From: Candidatus Sulfotelmatobacter sp. | GTDB lineage: Bacteria > Chloroflexota > Limnocylindria > Limnocylindrales > CSP1-4 | Direction: 5' to 3' | NCBI GenBank assembly: GCA_035622975.1 | Contig: DASPUH010000133.1 | Coordinates: 966-64,965, forward strand | DNA length: 64,000 bases | Position numbers and translations under genes: made by a program | The notes under the pieces: generated by a model | Told to the model about the DNA's origin: nothing | What the model saw: the letters and a program-made list of their open reading frames with translations, nothing else | Database searches by the model: none | In this document: positions 60,850-64,000 of the stretch, one piece after another | Position numbering within the stretch: the stretch's first letter is position 1 | How the letters are laid out: every line of letters starts with the position of its first letter

Positions 60850-61695
60850 TCAGGACGGGCGGTATAGACACACCGCGCCGTACGCCCCGGGGCCCACGTG
60901 CGGCCCGATGCTGGCGCCGATGACGGCCGTGGACACACGCTCCGGCGCGATGCCGCTGCGGGCCATCACCTCCTCGCGGAAGGCCTCGATGTCCGCCGTC
61001 CTGGCGTGCAGGATGGCGACCCGATCGAGCGGCCTGGCGGTGATCAGCTCCAGCAGCCGTTCCCTGGCCCGGCTCCGGGTGCGCACCCGATCGACGGCCT
61101 CCACGACCCCGTCCTTGATGGTGATGATGGGCTTGACCGCGAGCACCGAACCGATAGCCGCCTGCGCGCCGCTGATGCGGCCGCCGCGACGCAGGTATTC
61201 GAGCGTCTCCAGGGCCACGTAGAAGCTTAGGTCGGCGGCTCGGGCCACAGTCCGCTCGGCGATCACAGCGGCGGGCTCGCCCGCTTCACGCAGGGCGGCC
61301 GCCACCTGCAGCAGGAGGCCCTCCCCCATCGAGGCACATTCGCTGTCGATGACGTAGATCTCACGCGGGGCCAGCTGCTGGGCCGCGATCTGGGCGCTCT
61401 TGAGGGTCGCCGACAGCTTGCCCCCCACGGTGACGCAGATGATCGCCTCGGCGCCGCCATCGAAGCAGGCCTGGAACGCCGTGAGGAAGTCGGCCGGGCT
61501 GCACGCCGCGGTCCGCGGCAGGGGCGCGCCCGGCGTGGCCATGCGCTCCCAGAACGCCAGCGGCGGGAGGTCACTGGCCCGGATCTCCTCCTCCCCGAAG
61601 TAGACGAGGAGGGGCACGACGGTGGCCCCGAGGGCCGCGGCCAGGTCGTCCGGCAGGTCGGCCGCCGAGTCGGTGACAAGGGCGATGCGCTGCAT
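60850..61695 (-). CDS. DegV family fatty-acid-binding protein
   Basis: 282 aa from ATG 61693-61695 (MQRIALVTDSAADLP...). DegV fold motifs (YVIDSECASMGEG, SGAQAAIGSVLAVKPII). Confidence 0.75.
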   Translation of the reverse strand: MQRIALVTDSAADLPDDLAAALGATVVPLLVYFGEEEIRASDLPPLAFWERMATPGAPLPRTAACSPADFLTAFQACFDGGAEAIICVTVGGKLSATLKSAQIAAQQLAPREIYVIDSECASMGEGLLLQVAAALREAGEPAAVIAERTVARAADLSFYVALETLEYLRRGGRISGAQAAIGSVLAVKPIITIKDGVVEAVDRVRTRSRARERLLELITARPLDRVAILHARTADIEAFREEVMARSGIAPERVSTAVIGASIGPHVGPGAYGAVCLYRPS

Positions 61696-61703
61696 AGGTC
61701 TCC

Positions 61704-62945
61704 TCAGACGCGCTCGAAGGCCATGGCGACGGAGCCGCCGCCGCCCAGGCACAGGGTCGCCAGCCCATAGTGTCCTTGCCGGCGCCGCAGCTCGTGGACG
61801 AGCGTCGCGACGATACGGGCGCCACTTGCCCCGATGGGGTGCCCGAGCGCGATGGCGCCCCCGTTGACGTTGACGCGCGACCAGTCGAAACCCAGCTCGC
61901 GGCCGTCGGCGAGGACCTGCGCCGCGAAGGCCTCATTGATCTCGATGAGGTCGAAGGCCTCGAGCGGCAGTTCCACGCGGGCCAGCAGCCGCCTGACGCC
62001 CTGGACCGGGGCGAGGAAGAGCCAGCGCGGCGCGACCTCGGCCTGGGCATAGCCGACGATGCGGGCCAGTGGCTGGAGGCCCAGCCGCTCCACGGCGCGC
62101 TCGCTGGCGACCACCGTGGCCGCTGCCCCATCGGTGATGCCCGGGGCATTGCCGGCCGTCACCGTGCCCTGCCCGTCCGCTGGGCCCTCATCGCCGACCG
62201 GCAGGTCGAAGGCGGGCTTGAGGCGAGCGAGGGCCTCGGCGGACGTGTCGCGCCGGGGTCCTTCGTCGACGCTGAAGAGGACCTCCTCGCGGCCGTGGCG
62301 GACCGGCACGGGCACGATCTCATCGGCGAAACGCCCGGCGTCGATGGCCGCGATGGCCTTCTGGTGGCTGGCCAGCGCGAACGCGTCCTGATCGGCCCGG
62401 CTGACCCGCTCGTGGACCGCGACCCGCTCGGCATGGGTGCCCATGTGGCAGCCCTCGATGGCGCACCACAGGCCGTCGGTGACCGTGCTGTCGACCAGCT
62501 CGCCGGCGCCCAGACGGTAGCCGAAGCGGGCCTTCCGCAACAGGTACGGTCCCTGGTCCATGTTCTCCATGCCGCCCGCGACGGCCACCTCGGCGTCGCC
62601 GGCCCGGATCTCCGCGGCGGCCAGCATGATGGCCTTCAGGCCGGACCCACAGACGCGGTTGATGGTCGTGGCGCTGGTCGTGTCGGCCAGTCCGGCCGCC
62701 AGCGCCGCCTGGCGCGCCGGCGCCTGGCCGGCTCCGCCCTGCAGGACCTGGCCCATGAGGACCTCGTCGACCCCATCGCGCGCCACGCCGGCCCGCTCCA
62801 CGGCGGCGCCGATGGCGATGCCGCCGAGGGTCGTGGCCGGGACGTCGGCGAGGGCACCGCCGAAGCGGCCGATCGGCGTGCGGACGGCCGAGACGATGAA
62901 GACGTCGCCACTGCGACCTGCGGCCATCGCGCGCGGGGCGCTCAT
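61704..62945 (-). CDS. acetyl-CoA C-acetyltransferase (thiolase II)
   Basis: 413 aa. Active-site Cys in NRVCGSGLKA, NVNGGAIALGHPIGASGAR, C-terminal CLGGGGSVA. Confidence 0.88.
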   Translation of the reverse strand: MSAPRAMAAGRSGDVFIVSAVRTPIGRFGGALADVPATTLGGIAIGAAVERAGVARDGVDEVLMGQVLQGGAGQAPARQAALAAGLADTTSATTINRVCGSGLKAIMLAAAEIRAGDAEVAVAGGMENMDQGPYLLRKARFGYRLGAGELVDSTVTDGLWCAIEGCHMGTHAERVAVHERVSRADQDAFALASHQKAIAAIDAGRFADEIVPVPVRHGREEVLFSVDEGPRRDTSAEALARLKPAFDLPVGDEGPADGQGTVTAGNAPGITDGAAATVVASERAVERLGLQPLARIVGYAQAEVAPRWLFLAPVQGVRRLLARVELPLEAFDLIEINEAFAAQVLADGRELGFDWSRVNVNGGAIALGHPIGASGARIVATLVHELRRRQGHYGLATLCLGGGGSVAMAFERV

Positions 62946-63874
62946 CGTCCGGGCTCCCGCGCTGGGCGGGGGTACACGTAGAAGCCGCGGCCCGACTTCT
63001 GGCCCAGGTACCCGGCGTCCACCAACTGGCGCAGCACCGGCGGCGGCGCCATGTGCGGCGCGCCGAAACCCTCGTGAAGCACCTCCATGACGTGGAGGCA
63101 GACGTCCAGGCCGATGAAGTCGGCCAGCTCCAGCGGGCCCATCGGGTGGCGCAGCCCAAGGCGGGCGCCAGTGTCGATGTCCTCCGCCGTGCCGACCCCC
63201 TCCTCGTACGCCCGCATCGCCTCGCCCAGCAGGGGCATCAGGATGCGGTTGACCAGGAAGCCCGGCCGGTCGCGGCTGACGATGAGCTCCTTGCCGGTCG
63301 CTGCCGCGATGGCGCGGACGTGGCGCGCCGTGGCGTCGCTGGTCTCGGCGCCCATGACCATCTCCAGGAGCGGCATGACCGGCACCGGGCTGAAGAAGTG
63401 GGTGCCCACGACGCGCGGCCGGCGCGCCGGCGACACCGCGCGGGCCAGCCGGGTGATGGAGATCGAGCTGGTGTTGCTGCCGATGATCGCCCGCGCCGGC
63501 AGGAACGCATCCAGGTCGGCCAGCAGGGTGGCCTTCACGTCCGCGTCCTCGAACACGGCCTCGATGGCCAGCGAGGCGCCGGCCGCCGCCTCGGACAGCG
63601 AGTCGGACGTGCGGATGCGGGCCAGCTGGGCGGCCGCGTCGGCCTGCGCCAGGCGGCCCTTGGCCACGGCCCGTTCGAGGTTGCCGGCGATGCGCGCCCG
63701 GCCCGCCTCCGCGCGCGCGATCTCGGGCTCATACAGGGCGACGCGGTGACCTGCCGCGGCCAGGACCTGGGCGATGCCGTGGCCCATGAGCCCGGCGCCA
63801 CAGACGACGGCCGCGCCCGGACCGGCCGGGGCGGCGGCGCGGCGGGTAGTGGCAGCCGACCTGGTGGGGGCCAT
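62942..63874 (-). CDS. hbd: 3-hydroxybutyryl-CoA / 3-hydroxyacyl-CoA dehydrogenase
   Basis: 310 aa. NAD Rossmann VVCGAGLMGHGIAQV. 3HCDH motifs (IGSNTSSISIT, THFFSPVPVMPLLE). 4-nt overlap with thiolase. Confidence 0.85.
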   Translation of the reverse strand: MAPTRSAATTRRAAAPAGPGAAVVCGAGLMGHGIAQVLAAAGHRVALYEPEIARAEAGRARIAGNLERAVAKGRLAQADAAAQLARIRTSDSLSEAAAGASLAIEAVFEDADVKATLLADLDAFLPARAIIGSNTSSISITRLARAVSPARRPRVVGTHFFSPVPVMPLLEMVMGAETSDATARHVRAIAAATGKELIVSRDRPGFLVNRILMPLLGEAMRAYEEGVGTAEDIDTGARLGLRHPMGPLELADFIGLDVCLHVMEVLHEGFGAPHMAPPPVLRQLVDAGYLGQKSGRGFYVYPRPAREPGR

Positions 63875-63878
63875 GTGC

Positions 63879-64000
63879 TCAGCCTACCGCCAGCGCAGCC
63901 AGCAGACGATCCGCCGCCGCATAGGGATCCAGGCGATGGGCGGCGATCTCGGCCGTCAACTGGTCCACGACGGGGGCGAGCCCCGGCTCGTCGAGGCGGT
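63879..64000 (-). CDS. partial CDS (C-terminal about 40 codons), gene upstream of hbd, product unknown
   Basis: Open frame reading ...LDEPGLAPVVDQLTAEIAAHRLDPYAAADRLLAALAVG* ending at TGA (plus 63879-63881), 4 nt before the hbd start. Truncated by the window edge. Confidence 0.3.
   Translation of the reverse strand, partial: RLDEPGLAPVVDQLTAEIAAHRLDPYAAADRLLAALAVG

Noticed and set aside
63884-64000. ORF ending at TAG 63884-63886 at the right edge
   Set aside because: That frame contains an internal TGA about 70 nt upstream. The adjacent frame ending at TGA 63879-63881 reads as a coherent protein C-terminus and was reported instead, with low confidence.

Overview
High-GC (~70%) bacterial chromosomal window, dense with housekeeping and core-metabolic genes. 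Gene content and the SD-sequestering T-box suggest an actinobacterial-like or Chloroflexi-like high-GC lineage (inference only). Main blocks, left to right: (1) the conserved recR-ybaB-dnaX-ffs(SRP RNA) block on the minus strand, separated from tadA by an inserted FIST-sensor/class III adenylate cyclase gene pair and two tRNA-Ser genes; (2) a PFK with PPi-type active-site signatures, a PaiB-like regulator, an MFS transporter and tRNA-Arg/tRNA-Ser; (3) a translationally coupled shikimate-pathway operon (DAHP synthase, aroA, aroE, aroC, fused aroK-aroB, aroQ, chorismate mutase, M19 dipeptidase), preceded by what looks like a leader-peptide attenuator (12-aa peptide MLRTWYFLGPAR ending in Trp-Tyr-Phe, then alternative hairpins and a canonical intrinsic terminator); (4) convergent with it, a complete trp operon (trpE-trpG-trpD-[trpC-trpF-trpB as one ORF]-trpA) whose leader carries a Trp-specific T-box whose helix overlaps the trpE SD and GTG start; (5) a large zinc-ribbon/cyclase/AAA(STAND-like)/TPR protein, pyruvate:ferredoxin oxidoreductase with a DHOD-like partner, and a secreted GH18 protein with CWB2 wall-binding repeats; (6) tRNA-Ser(TGA)-RDD-serS-class I lysK-greA, ArgR, UppP, H+-translocating pyrophosphatase, LepB, ndk, M16 peptidase, NCS2 permease, coaX-coaBC, glutamate dehydrogenase, DegV, thiolase and hbd. 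No CRISPR arrays, transposases or prophage genes were seen. The most notable items are the two different aromatic-pathway regulatory leaders (a peptide attenuator for aro, a T-box for trp), the trpC-trpF-trpB single ORF, and the FIST-cyclase module. Most long ORFs antisense to these genes are high-GC artefacts.
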